Assembly: GCF_009914755.1 (NCBI RefSeq)
Contig: NC_060930.1
Reading direction: 5' to 3' (one strand)
DNA from: the human T2T-CHM13v2.0 reference genome, Homo sapiens
Length of the DNA stretch: 64,000 nt
Position 1 is the stretch's first letter, and every line of letters starts with the position of its first letter. The translations under genes were made by a program, and so were the position numbers. Positions 1 through 13,986 of this stretch are shown in pieces. Under the pieces are notes generated by a model. That model was not told the DNA's origin, did not search any database, and saw only the letters and a list, made by a program, of their open reading frames with translations.

Positions 1-1352
1 AGTCTATCACTGATGGACATTTGGGTTGGTTCCAAGTCTTTGCTATTGTGAATAGTGCTGCAATAAACATACGTGTACACGTGTCTTTATAGCAGCATGA
101 TTTATAATCCTTTGGGTATATGCCCAGTAGTGGGATTGCTGGGTCAAATGGTATTTCTAGTTCTAGATCCCTGAGGAATCACCACACTGTCTTCCACAAT
201 GGTTGAACTAGTTTACAGTCCCACCAACAGTGTAAAAGCATTCCTATTTCTCCACATCCTCTCCAGCACCTGTTGTTTCCTGACTTTTTAATGATTGCCA
301 TTCTAACTAGTGTGAGATGGTATCTCATTGTGGTTTTGATTTGCATTCTTCTGATGTCCAGTGATGATGAGCATTTTTTCATGTGTCTGTTGGCTGCATA
401 AATGTCTTCTTTTGAGAAGTGTCTGTTCATATCCTTCGCCTACTTTTTGATGGGGTTGTTTGATATTTTCTTGTAAATTTGTTTAAGTTCTTTGTAGATT
501 CTGGATATTAGCCCTTTGTCAGATGGGTAGATTGGAAAAATTTTCTCCCATTCTGTAGGTTGCATGTTCACTCTGATGGTAGTTTCTTTTGCTGTGCAGA
601 AGCTCTTCAGTTTAATTAGATCCCATTTGTCAAGTTTGGCTTTTGTTGCCATTGCTTTTGATGTTTTAGTCATGAAGTCCTTGCCCATGCCTATGTCCTG
701 AATGGTATTGCCTAGGTTTTCTTCTAGGGTTTTTATGGTTTTAGGTCTGACATTTAAGTCTTTAATCCATCTTGAATTAATTTTTGTGTAAGGTGTAAGG
801 AAGGGATCCAGTTTCAGCTTTCTACATATGCCTAGCCAGTTTTCCCAGCACCATTTATTAAATAGGGAATCCTTTCCCCATTTCTTGTTTTTGTCAGGTT
901 TGTCAAAGGTCAGATGGTTGTAGATGTGTGGTATTATTTCTGAGGGCTCTGTTCTGTTCCATTGGTCCATATATCTGTTTTTGTACCAGTACCATGCTGT
1001 TTTGGTTACTGTAGCCTTGTAGTATAGTTTGAAGTCAGGTAGTGTGATGCCTCCAGCTTTGTTGTTTTTGCTTAGGATTGTCTTGGCAATGTGGGCTCTT
1101 TTTTGGTTCCATATGAACTTTAAAGTAGTTTTTTCCAATTCTGTGAAGAAAGTCATTGGTTGCTTGATGGGGATGGCATTGAATCTATAAATTACCTTGG
1201 GCAGTGTGGCCATTTTCACGATATTGATTCTTCCTATCCATGAGCATGGAATGTTCTTCCATTTGTTTGTGTCCTCTTTTATTTCATTGAGCAGTGGTTT
1301 GTAATTCTCCTTGAAGAGGTCCTTCACATCACTTGTAAGTTTGATTCCTAGG
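1..1352 (-). mobile_element. LINE-1 (L1PA-type) 3' part of ORF2; 5'-truncated at ~1352 and continuing past the window start
   Basis: ORFs 440..1327 and 179..430 translate to typical L1 ORF2p C-terminal sequence ([65 protein letters not shown]). Similarity stops after GATTCCTAGG at ~1352. Confidence 0.95.
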
Positions 1353-1574
1353 AAATCAATGTATTTTTAAAAGATGGCAACAAGTGCATAAAAAGATACC
1401 ACTTACCACAATAACTGAACCTATCTTTCCTTTCCACCACACCAATACTAAAAGAAGAAACTTAGATTGGATTAAACGTTTAAGTAATTTTTCTTTTATT
1501 CATTGAACAATTATTTGTAACAGACTTTATTGAAAATTAATTGCTAACCAAGAAGGCAAGCCAGGACTTTGAGT

Positions 1575-1973
1575 CTGGGGCTTTTTTCTCAAGCAACCAT
1601 AACAAAATATCCCACACTGGCTGATTTACACAATAAAAATATATTTTTCACAGTTCTGAAAGATGGGAAGTCCAAGACCAAGAGACTGGTAAGTTAGAAT
1701 TCATTGCAAGTCCTCCTCTCTTGGTTTGTGGATGGCTGCCATCTTGCTTTGTGCTCATGTGACCTTTCCCTTATGCATCATGGAAAGAGTAAGTGGGGTC
1801 TCTGGTGTCTCTTCTTATAAGGACACTAACCCTATTGGATCAGGGCCCTACCATCATGACTGCATTTAATCTTAACTATATACTTAATGGCCTGATGTCA
1901 AATACAGCCACACTGGGGGTTTGGGCTTCAACATATAAATTTTGGGGAGGAAACAAACATTCAGTCCATAACA
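1575..1973 (-). mobile_element. MaLR solo LTR, MLT1A-like
   Basis: Motifs CACAGTTCTG..GGGAAGTCCAAGA, CTTCTTATAAGGACACTAA and GCTTCAACATATAAATTTTGGGG; ends CAGTCCATAACA. Left boundary approximate. Confidence 0.7.
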
Positions 1974-2215
1974 GATGGGATATGGCAAAGGAAATGGGGG
2001 TAGAGGAGGGATGGGAAGATGACTGTCTAATGGCAGATTCTACCAGTGGAGAAGACTTGCAACCCTTTGGAATGCAATGAAGAGGTGGAGAACCCCACTC
2101 TGAGGACTTTTTGTATTTAGCTGGGACCTATGTACACTGAGACTGAGCCTGGCATTAGAGATGTCACCAGCAGAGACCCCACAAGGGACTGGACAAAGAA
2201 ATGCAGCCAGGGAAG

Positions 2216-2565
<350 letters not shown>

Positions 2566-2964
2566 TTAGTCCTTCTTTTGTCTTTTTCCAATTTCCTGGT
2601 GTACAGAGCCTCTGGGTTCTTCTACTATGACAATGACAAAGTTGGAGGGGGTGGGCAATCTTGAGATAGATTTTATCCTTCCTGCCACCTCCAGATCATA
2701 AGGGTGGCCCAATTTTAGGAAAACAAAGAAATAAATGTTTCATTCTTTTGAAATTTGTGGAGCAATTCCTAACTGTTGTATGTTTACAAATACCTACTGT
2801 AACCCTGAGACTGCTAGATAAAGAATAAAAAAGAATGACACATACCCTTGTTCGCAAGTAGTAGGGCATACAGACACATAAATAGATAATATACAGTTTA
2901 ATAAGTGCAATGATAACAGGGGTACATGGCATTATGGGACTACAGGATAAAGGGGCCTTCCCTG

Positions 2965-3340
2965 TTGTGGCTAGTCTGAAAAAGCAGGAGGGACCCCCAC
3001 CCAAATTTTGGATCAGATGTCAAGATTGATGATGCCACACACACCCCAAGAGGGAATGGGAAGCTTTATTACTTGCATGACACAGGTCTCTGGTGAGAGC
3101 AAGGCAGCCCCCTCCAGCAGGGCCAAAATGACTTGATGAGGCAAGGAAGGAAGACTAGCTCTGGGTTTTTACTGTGGTTAGGGGCTGAGTTTGAATCTCC
3201 CACTGGAGCCTAAGGAGGGGGAACTCGGGCTTTCACATGAGCTGGGCTAGTTGTGCCACACAAGGGGAAAGGAATGGGTGAGGCATCAAACCATCAGCAG
3301 TCAATCATCAGAACTGGAGCCAGACTCTCTATTATGGTCT
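2965..3340. mobile_element. Probable old LTR fragment, family unassigned
   Basis: Starts TGTGG and resembles recalled ERV LTR text (GATGATGCCACACACACC..GCTTTATTACT). Boundaries uncertain. Confidence 0.35.
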
Positions 3341-3608
3341 GTAATCCCTTTCAGAGGAGTAGGGTGTGATTAGGAAGCTTTCCTGGAGAAAATTATGCCA
3401 GAGTAATATGAATCTTAAGAAAAGAATATTTCTTGCTTTATTATTGTTTATATTTGCTTACAGACCCATGGTAATTGCAAAAAATTAAAAACACAGCTAA
3501 ATATAACACAGAAATTAAAATTCACTCATGGCCTCACCATCCTAAGGCAATCACTGTTAATATTTTTCTTCCTTCCTGTCTCGATAATTAGAAAAAAAAA
3601 ATGAATAT

Positions 3609-3937
<329 letters not shown>

Positions 3938-5004
3938 TTATTTTAAAAATGATAAATTTTTTTCTGGTGTACATTTTAGTAACTTTAGTTACTTTACATG
4001 TACCTTTTTGTCCATGAAATCTTGCTACAATCATTCTTTTTAAAGTTTTTATATAGAAAAGTTAACATTCCTATTCAATTTTCCCTTTCATTACTGGTGA
4101 TGCTTTAAGCCTATTCTGCTTTTTTAAAAACAGAACTGAAACTACTATGCTTTGTAAAATCTTGCAAATCTGTATTTCTTTGTTAGAGAAGTGTTATTTT
4201 TACCACATCTATTTTCACTTTGCTGTCAAGAAACTGCTGGAATTCCAACTTGACCTGGTTCAGTGTGTCTGTAGAGCTAAGAATCACCAAGGGAGCAATG
4301 GTTCCTACCTCACTCTGCAAAGAATACAATGTACATTTGGAAATCCACATCCTTTTCCCACTTCTATGTTTCAGGTGCTTAAAGAACTTGTTAAATTCAG
4401 AAAGAATCACAAACTTTCCTGTCTAAAAATTTTCAAGGAGGTTTGACAATGATGCTTTAAAGACTGATAGAGTGGGATTTATTTATCCCTATAACTGTCA
4501 CCTTCTCAAAACTCCTTAGTGGTATATTTCAAATGACTTTTTATTACCACCAGTCAGGAGAAAAGAAGAAAAGGAATTATCTCTCCTGTCTTTCCTGTTT
4601 CCTAGTCTTCCTTGCTCGTATCTGTTTCATTGTACTCTATATGGTAAATATCAACTCACATAGTTCCACTATAAAATGAATGAAGTTAGGTCTATCATAA
4701 GGGAAAGGTAGTCACTGCTGTGGGTGTTGCAAAGAAAGCCTCCAATGTCCAAGGACCTTGAAACACCTTGGTTCTCAAGGTGGTCCCCAGTAAATCCCCT
4801 CCTGGCTCATCAAAACAGGGCCGACTTTGGATCATGGAATCATGTGAACATATTTCCACTGCATTTGCATCAGAGACACTTGAGTGAAATAATCAATACA
4901 AATGTATCCAGATGGACATTTATTTTTAAAGGGGGAAATGCATTTTGGACCCTTTACTTTGTGGAATCATCAGCTTGAGTATGTTCAGATCTTTGTGCAG
5001 AACA

Positions 5005-5060
5005 CAAAGCCTGAAATATTTACTATCTGGTCTTTTACAGAAAAAGGTTGACAATCCCTG
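5005..5060. mobile_element. MER58-like hAT terminal fragment
   Basis: GCCTGAAATATTTACTATCTGGTCTTTTACAGAAAAAGGTTGACAATCCCTG matches the recalled MER58 end. Confidence 0.6.
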
Positions 5061-5272
5061 CCCCAGTTGCCCAGGTTCACATAGAGAGAATTGTTTATTT
5101 ATGCCACAATTTATTAAAAGTTGATAGTGGATATGGCACTGTAAGCACTTGAATTAATTAAAAAGTAAATCGTTGCTAGTTACTGATATAAAATAATGTG
5201 GTTATGCCCATTATCCATTACCAAAGTGTCTGGGAATTGGGGATATCCTGCAGGGACTGACATTGGAATCAT

Positions 5273-5273
<1 letters not shown>

Positions 5274-5301
<28 letters not shown>
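5274..5301. repeat. (CA)n microsatellite
   Basis: About 14 CA units. Confidence 0.95.
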
Positions 5302-5303
<2 letters not shown>

Positions 5304-5335
5304 TCAGAACAAATGACTTTGAAAGAAGTCATGTG

Positions 5336-5640
<305 letters not shown>

Positions 5641-5859
5641 GAAGAAGGCCTGTGGCCTGTTGTATAACATTTTCTTAAGACCTCGTTTGTTCCTACAACT
5701 TAACTATATTGTGAAAAACATAGGTAGAAAACTTATATACCATTGGGTCAATACACAAGTAAGTTTCATCTTCACCAACAGATGTTAACTTGGGTTGTTG
5801 CTGTGTATACAAAGCTATAAAAGTCTAGTTTGTGTCTTAAGAAGCTTAATAAGTATAAT

Positions 5860-6070
5860 ATTCATCAACATTTATGGAGCTTTTACCATGGGCCAGACTC
5901 CATTCTGAGTACTTTCCCTGGATTATCTAATTAGTTCTGTGGGCAGCCTGTGAAGCGGGTACCATAAGCACCATTTGAAAGAGGAAATCCCATAGCTCAC
6001 AGAGGTTCAATAACTTGCCCAGGGCCACGTGACTATATGGATTTAGTCAGGATACTAAACCAGGCAGTGT
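5860..6070 (-). mobile_element. MIR
   Basis: MIR core GAGGAAA...GCTCACAGAGGTTCAATAACTTGCCCAGGGCCAC. Confidence 0.7.
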
Positions 6071-6629
6071 CACTAAAAGTTCAGATACCTCACCATTCTC
6101 TCTGCCATCTCCCCAAAGATTCCAGCCCTGTGTAGTAGGTGCTCCGACAGGGGGATCCATTGTAAAACTCTCTAGGGAGAGTGGGGTTACCAGAGAGACC
6201 TTCCCAGAACAGGACTTGAGGGTTGTGGTGGGAGGATACATTTTACCCTTCCAAGTTCTCAGCCACAGCCTAAGACACAGACTTAGCTTGATTGGATCTC
6301 TTAACAAATCCTCTTCAAGTTGGAGGATAAATTAAGACCATCGCAGCCTCCATCTCTCCGTTTCTTCTGTCGTATACCCATATTAGAGATGCTACGTTTA
6401 AGTTTCTCTTTCTCTACCCTCAGTTCCTTATCGGTGCCTTCTATTCTGAGTGACAAAAGAATGTGTTCTTCCCATCATACAGTCTAACTACTGGATGCTA
6501 CCCCATGCTGCACAAACCCCATGTCTTTACCTATCCACCCTCCCGTGAACAGCAGGTTGCCTCTGAGGCCCCATCATCACAAGTAACATTGCAATGAATA
6601 TCCTTATAGACCTTTGCAAGAACATATTT

Positions 6630-6836
6630 GGGATATATATACATACACACACACATACACATACATATACACATACATATACACATGCTGGAGTGGAACT
6701 GTTGAATCTTTAAATGCGTCTTTACTTCACCTCCCAGCAATACATGAAGTCTATCTGTCTGTCTGTCTGTCTAGCTAGCTAGCTAGCTAGCTGTCATCTA
6801 TCTAACCTACCTACCTACCTATCATCTATCTATATA
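6630..6836. repeat. Compound simple repeats: (CATA/CA)n, then (TCTG)n(TAGC)n(CTAC)n(TCTA)n
   Basis: Visible directly at 6630-6686 and 6749-6836. Confidence 0.85.
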
Positions 6837-7173
6837 GTATACTTGGCATTATACTTGGCATTTTATTATACCTGGCAAGGTAATAGCTGGCATTTTCCAG
6901 CATATTCTTCACATAGTCATGGCAGCATCTAAAACCACAAGTCACGTAGATCATCTCTACATACAAGATGAAGGCCAAGCTGCTTGGCATGCAATTGGCT
7001 AGGAAACCACAGCCCTTCATTCTCATAACCAGCCAAGCATGTGTTCATTGTGTTATCATTAGGGTTTAGTATTTGTGCTTCCCATTGTACAGCAAGTTAC
7101 TCACTTTTTATAGCAAGAGGGCCTCTCACAGTGCACTCACTACATGGTTGTTGACTCTACTAAAGAGAGAACA

Positions 7174-7482
7174 GGCCCGATGTGGTGGCTTATACCTGTA
7201 ATCTTAGCACTTTGGGAGGCCAAGACAGGAGGATCACTTGAGGCCAGGAGTTGGAGACCAGCTGGGGCAATGTGCCGAAACCCCACCTCTACAAAAAATA
7301 CAAAAATTAGCCAGGTGTGGTGGCACATGCCTGTGGTCCCAGCTACTTGGGAGGCTGAGGTGGGAGGATCACCTGAGCCTGGGGAGGTTGAGGCTACAGT
7401 GAGCCGAGATCAAGCCACTGCTCTCCAGCCTGGGCAACAGAGTGAGACCCTGCCTCAAAAAAAAAAAAAAAAGAAAAGAAAG
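7174..7482 (+). mobile_element. AluJ element
   Basis: AluJ-type features GGATCACTTGAGGCCAGGAG, GGAGGATCACCTGAGCCT and GAGGCTACAGTGAG; poly-A tail. Confidence 0.9.
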
Positions 7483-9225
7483 TGAACAGAGGGTTGAAGA
7501 ATCAGTTTGGGAAGTAAGATGATTATATTTTGGGCAAATGGAATTAAATTATCAATTTAATTGATAGTGAGAGAGTCATGTATATTTTATATTTTTTCTT
7601 ATGGAAACCTAAAACCTTGGATTTAAAAGCAGAAGAGATAGTTTAGGGACTAAGTTTCAGCTGTAGCTTTTGAGTTGTTACTAGCAAATCAGTGAATTGC
7701 ATGGGGAGGAAGTAAATTGAGAGCACTACGGAAAAGAAGTTGATTTAGCAGTAAGTGAAGAAGGGTCCTCTTCTGAAGTGGGGCTGGAAGAGGAGGCTCA
7801 GAAAAGTCTAGCTGCAAGAGGGAAACCTGTGGATGGTCACCAAGGCCAAGGGGAGGGTGGATAACCGAAAGGATCAGTGTCCTAGACTGCAAGATGTTAG
7901 GGTCAGACAAAACCAAGCAGAGGCTGCCGGGTCTGAAAATTTATATTTTATCAGTGTCTTCAACAGAGGCTTTTAGTTTGCATTGGTAGTAGGAAATGCA
8001 CAACCTCTGTTTTTCTTTTGTCTGTAGAAAATATTTCATTCATCCTTTTTGTCTTAATTGATTGTAGGAAATATGACATGCCTATATGAAGAAGAAATTC
8101 TGAATGTAATATATTCAGAAAAAAATGGAATCTTACTGAAATATGGTCAGGTTAAAATATTTTGCTTATAGATTATACTATGCAAGTCTTTTACAAAAAA
8201 ATTAGCTAATTCCCTTAGTTCATCATATCACATAAGAGTTCCTTTGAAAGTATAGGAGGTATGTGTATGTTTTTAAAGGAGCTGTGTGTATTTTAAAGAA
8301 AGGCACAATCCTGTATCTTTCTACCACACACTAACGTTGACACCATTTGCTTCAAAGAAACCTGCCCTTACCTAGCAATTCCATAAGGAACTGCAAGATA
8401 TGTGCACGTTAAGTTCTTTCAAGGTTATGTAACGTATTGTTGTAGTCTTATTTATCATCTGGTATCTTCCTCAGCAAATTTCCATTTTCATGTGGACCTT
8501 AAGTTTTTTGTCAAAAAAAATTTAAACCTTTTCTCTATTAATCTCGTGGAACTTCTTGGAGAACATAGCTTTTTTCAAAGATCTTAAATTTCTACCTCTT
8601 CAGAAAAAGTCTACTTTATAGGTTTTATATTTTATAAATCTTTCATGGTGATTTTTATAAGTTATTCCCACTTTTACCAATCAAAAGCACAATCTTTCAG
8701 AATTTTCTGGAAAGAAAAAAAAATTGCCTTAAGTCATTTCCCATTATTTCCAGGAGTAGAATTAAATTAATGCAATAAAACTTAAAGAAGAAAATCATCC
8801 TTTCATATAGCTTTTGTGCTCATTTCTTTTATTTCTTTTGTACCTGAAATTTATGTCTCTCTGTGCCTACAGTCAGTGACTTGTAAATCGTCTTTGCCCA
8901 TCTACACCATTGATCTCAGACCCTGGAAAAAGATTTCTTGAGGCCTGTGATTTCCTTTCCTAAAGCATTTTCAGGGTGGTAGGTTATATCAAGGTGATTT
9001 TGATTAGAATGTTAAGTTGGGTTCTCTGGAATTCCATTAAGTATAGTCAACTCTTCTTCATCTCTCTAATATCAGGACAGGTACTTCTTTCACTAGTGCA
9101 GTAACTGGTGCTCATAACCCCAAGGTGCCAGGGGTCTTCAGAATCATCAAGAAGGTTGCCAGTATGCTTTAAGTAGGTACTTTATCATACTAAATCTTTA
9201 AAACTTAAAGAAGTTTATGATCCTT

Positions 9226-9617
<392 letters not shown>

Positions 9618-9779
9618 CTACTTCTAAGCTGGTTTGTGTGACTGTTCCAGTTTTTCATTTCCTATGTGAAAATCCTCTCTTGCATTTTACTCTGTGTTTT
9701 CTTCCAAATCCAGGTTTGGTTAGAGTAAACCCTCCACTAGCTCTGCACCTGCACCTGAGCATCTTAATGTAACTGAAGG

Positions 9780-12145
9780 AGAACACACAATCCTGCTGAC
9801 TGGTCTCACTGGAGCTAATGACCATCAGCCTCAAGTGTGACCTTGGGATTCCTGGCACCCCTGCTCCATTTATCTAGCCCTTCACTCTCCTTGGGATGAC
9901 TATTTCTGCACCATCTCCAGCTCCCTTGCCCTCCTGCTCTCTCAGCAGATGACCTTGCCTGTGGTCACCAATCAAAACAGAACTTCCACATCCTCCCGTC
10001 AACAAATCTACAAACTCACTTTGCATCTGTACTCACAGACTCTACCTTCCCAGCTGTTACAAATGCATGGACCATCTGGGCTCCTACCCAAGGCCAGGTC
10101 CTCCTCTCATGCCTTGGATTCCATCCCCTCCCGGCCACCTAAAGACTTTGTTCCTGCACCACCAGCTTCTTCCTTTCTCCTCTATTGTTCCTTTCTGCAG
10201 ATCCACCTGGGATAATTTTGTTTGTTTGTTTTTGTTTTTTACACAGAACAAGAAATTGTATTATCCCCAATGCTGGTGCATAACAAATAAGCGTAATTAG
10301 AGGAGGAGACAGAGGGAAACTTCAGATACCGAGGTAATTTCTGGGCAGGTTTAAAAACCTCGAAAAGTTGATAGAATAACTGTTCATAAGGTATTTTTAG
10401 ATATAGGGCTTTTTACTTGATAACTTTTATTAACAGTTCTTACAGTATGAAGTCAACTAAAGCCTTTCACCTGTCAAGTTAAAACAGCAAGCAAAACAAA
10501 ATTTCTCTAGTATATAACAGCGTTAGAAATGGTTTGTTATCTTTGTACATTCACACACATTTAATGTCTAGATTTGAAACTTTTTAATTAAGGATGTCTT
10601 AATTTTTGACTTTTACAAATGGTCATGACAATGGATTTTCTTGATTTATAGATCACAGTGGCTTTATAAATGATCAAGATATATGTACAAACGAAATTTC
10701 AGATGCTCTTGGAAACACATCTTAAGACATATAGCACGAGTGATACATATTTGAGTTTATTCATCCTTTTGGGATAATGAAGAATACTCCATTTATCTTA
10801 CACTGAAAATTTAGCCTTTGATAACTATGGCTTGAATAGATCATCTCCCACCATTAGAAGAGACTCTTCCTTTGCTGCTCACCCTTCTCCAGCCCTTGCC
10901 CCGTTTCTCATATCCCTCGCAGTATGACTCCTTAGAGCAATTGCTCATACTACCACCTCCTCTTCCTCCTCTGAGTCTCTCTTGAGCTTGCTCCAGCTGA
11001 AACTGCTCCTGACCAAGTCAGAAACTGACCTCTGTGGTGTCCAATTTAAAGTCAATTTCAGTTCTCGCCTCTCAGGAACCATCAGCAGCATTGGACACAG
11101 TGGCCCATTCCCTTTTTGAAACAGCTTTATTCACAGATTCTAGATCTCAACCTCACTGGCTGCTCTTTTTCCTTCCCTCCCCTCCTCCCGCTCCTCAGAG
11201 TCCCTTTTAGGTTCTGCATGTTGGAGTGCCCTAAGTTTTAGTCTTGGCCTTGTTCAATCTAGTCTGTCCTGTGACTTTCAATACCAACTATATGCTGAAA
11301 TGGCCCACGTTTATATCTCTGCGACCTGTCTCCCCTAGCTAGACTCATCTGGACAGCTCCATTTGAGGGTTTGTGTTGGAAAGAAATGGCTTGTTCCTCC
11401 CCACCCCTACCCCAAAATCACTCATCATCTATCTTCTCTATCTTAGGATGTGGCAGTCCATTCACTCACTTGCTCATGCCAAGAATTTAGAAGTCAACTT
11501 TGGTTTCTCTCTTTTTCTCGGTCTGCTTTCAGCGCATATCACAGTGTATCATAAATTCTGTTCGCTTCTTACTAACTGTACCACTATCATCATGCCTGAG
11601 TCCAAGTCACTCTCATCTCTTGCCTGGCCTATGAAGCAGCTTCCTAAGTGGCCTCGCTGATTCTGCTCTCTGTCCCTGTGGTCTCTATTCCATGGGGCAG
11701 CCAGAGTAGTCCTGTTAAATCATGAATCAGCTCATATTGTTCCCCTGCTCAAAACCCTCCAGTGGCTCCCAACACATGTGGAACAAGCTGCAGCACCCTT
11801 ACAGTGATTTGGCCCTGTCTCCCCAGTACTGATTGCTGCCACTCTCACTTTGCTCCAGCACATAGACCTTCTTTCTGCTCCCGAAACACACCCTCCTGGG
11901 TGTGGCCTCAGTACCCTTGCGTTTGCAGTTCCTTCTATCCAGAACACTCCTTCCTCCAGGTACTTCATGACTTGTTTTATTCCTTTCTCCACTTTATTTT
12001 TTTTTTCATCTTTTTTATCTTCACCTGAAATGATATATTTATTTAAGCTCCATGAGGAGAGAAACGTTGTCTCTCTTGGGTACTGCTGCCTCTCTATGCT
12101 GAGAGAAGTGCTTGAAATAATAATAGATGCTCAGTAGATATTAAG
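9780..12145 (+). mobile_element. LINE-2 (L2a-like) 3' fragments, interrupted at ~10205-10838
   Basis: C/T-rich L2 motifs (CTGAAACTGCTCCTGACCAAGTCA, TCAGCAGCATTGGACACAGT, CCCCTGCTCAAAACCCTCCAGTGGCTCCC) and the L2 3' end (GATGCTCAGTAGATATT). Confidence 0.7.
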
Positions 12146-12247
12146 TAACAAGACAATCAATGGTATAAGGTATTTTCCAAATTTTAAATTCTGATTCCAC
12201 CCCTTTGGTACACTGGATATTGGCCATATTCTTTTATATAGAGCTCT

Positions 12248-13037
12248 TGTATTTGTTTGCTTGGGCTGTGTATCAGACCATTCTCACCCTGCTAATAAAG
12301 ACATACCTGAGACCGTGTAATTGATGAAGGAAAGAGGTTTAATTGACTCACAGTTTCTCAAGGCTGGGGAGGCCTCAGAAAACTTGCAATCATTGTAGAA
12401 GGGGAAGCAAACACATCCTTATTTCCATGGTGGCAGGAGAGAGAAGAGTAAAAACTGAGTGAAGGGGGAAGCCCCTTATAAAACCATTAGATCTTGTGAG
12501 AACTCACTCTCTGTCTTGAGAACAGCATAGGCAAAACTGCCCCCATGATTCAATTACCTCCCGCTGGGTCCCTTACATGACACATGGGGATTATGGGAAC
12601 TACAATTCAAGATGAGATTTGGGTGGAGACACAGCCAAACCATATCAGGCTGATATTAGAAAAAACTATGTTTTGTTTTGTTTTGTTTTTGTGGCAGCGA
12701 CTGGTTGGCTTAAACAACAGAAATGTATTTTTCACAGTTCTGGAGGCTGGGAAGTCAAAGATCAAGGTGACAACAAGAGCCTAGGGAGAGTCTTCTTCCT
12801 GGCTTGCAGATGGCTGACTTCTTGCTGTGTCCTCACATGGTGGAGGTCAGGGGGATAGACAGGGAGAGAGAGAGAACTGAACAAGTGCACTCTCTGGTCT
12901 CCTTATAGTAGCAGTAATCCCACTACACACCTAAACCTAATGACCTCCCAAAGGCCCTGCCTCATAGTATATCACACAGGGGGTTAGGGCTTCAACATAT
13001 GAATTTTGGGGGGCACACACACATTCATTCCATAACA
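12248..13037 (-). mobile_element. MLT1A-like solo LTR, split by a THE1 insertion
   Basis: Starts TGTATTTGTTTGCTTGGGCTG, resumes after 12652, ends TCCATAACA; flanks GCTCT/GCTCC. Confidence 0.75.
12269..12647 (-). mobile_element. THE1C/D-like solo LTR
   Basis: TG...CA termini; GCTAATAAAGACATACCTGAGAC and GAGATTTGGGTGGAGACACAGCCAAACCATATCA; exact 5-bp TSD GGCTG (12264-68, 12648-52). Confidence 0.88.
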
Positions 13038-13986
13038 GCTCCTTTTGTAGTTCTAGTTCCAGGCCTCCTCAATGCTGACCTATACATGACATCTCTGATC
13101 TTTGTTATCATCAATTTCACTCCCTGAGAGAGGGTCCATTTTCTGTTGTAACTACAATAGACTATCTTGTGCCTATCTACAGGATTACAGATCATCCCAT
13201 AGGGCAATGTGGAGTTTTCAAAACCTGTATATTTGTTTAACATATTATGGAAATTTGCAAACACATAAACTAGTAAAGAGAGTAGGATAATGAACTCAAT
13301 GCAATATCACTCAGCTTCAACAATGAACCCATGGCTAATCTGACTTTATGTATTATGTTATCACTTACTCCCTTCTGGGATGATTTTGCAGTAAACCCCA
13401 AGCATTATATGACTTCATCTGTAAAAGTTTCATCTTTAATGTATAAGGAATCTCTACATTTATCAAAAAAGGAAAATGTACATAACTACAAAACCATGAT
13501 CACAGCTAAACATTCACAATTAGTTTTTAAATATTAACAAATTTCTGGTCAGTATACACATTATTTTGTTTTTTTATAATAATTTTTAACAATGTTTGTG
13601 TGAATCAGGTTCCAGAAAAGTTTCACATTTTAAAAATTGGCTGATCTGCCTTTTATGTCTCTTGTGGAATGCTCTCTCCCTCTCTCAGTTCCTCTCTTTC
13701 TCTTCTGCACCCATTTTTTTTTTTTTTTTTTTAAGAAACCAGGTCATTCTTTTCTTCACAGTCTCCCTCACTCTGGATTTTGCTGATTTCATCTCCCACG
13801 TGTTCATCCGTTGTATTTCCTATAAATTGGTAGTTACATTCGCAGCTTTGATCAGATTCAGGCTCAGTATAACTTCTGGCAAGACTACTTCATAGGTGGT
13901 GTTGTCTACTTTCAGAAGAAAGTAATAATAATGCCTGAATTTCTCTATTTTTTGATGCTATCAGCCATTGATGATATTACGTAGAT

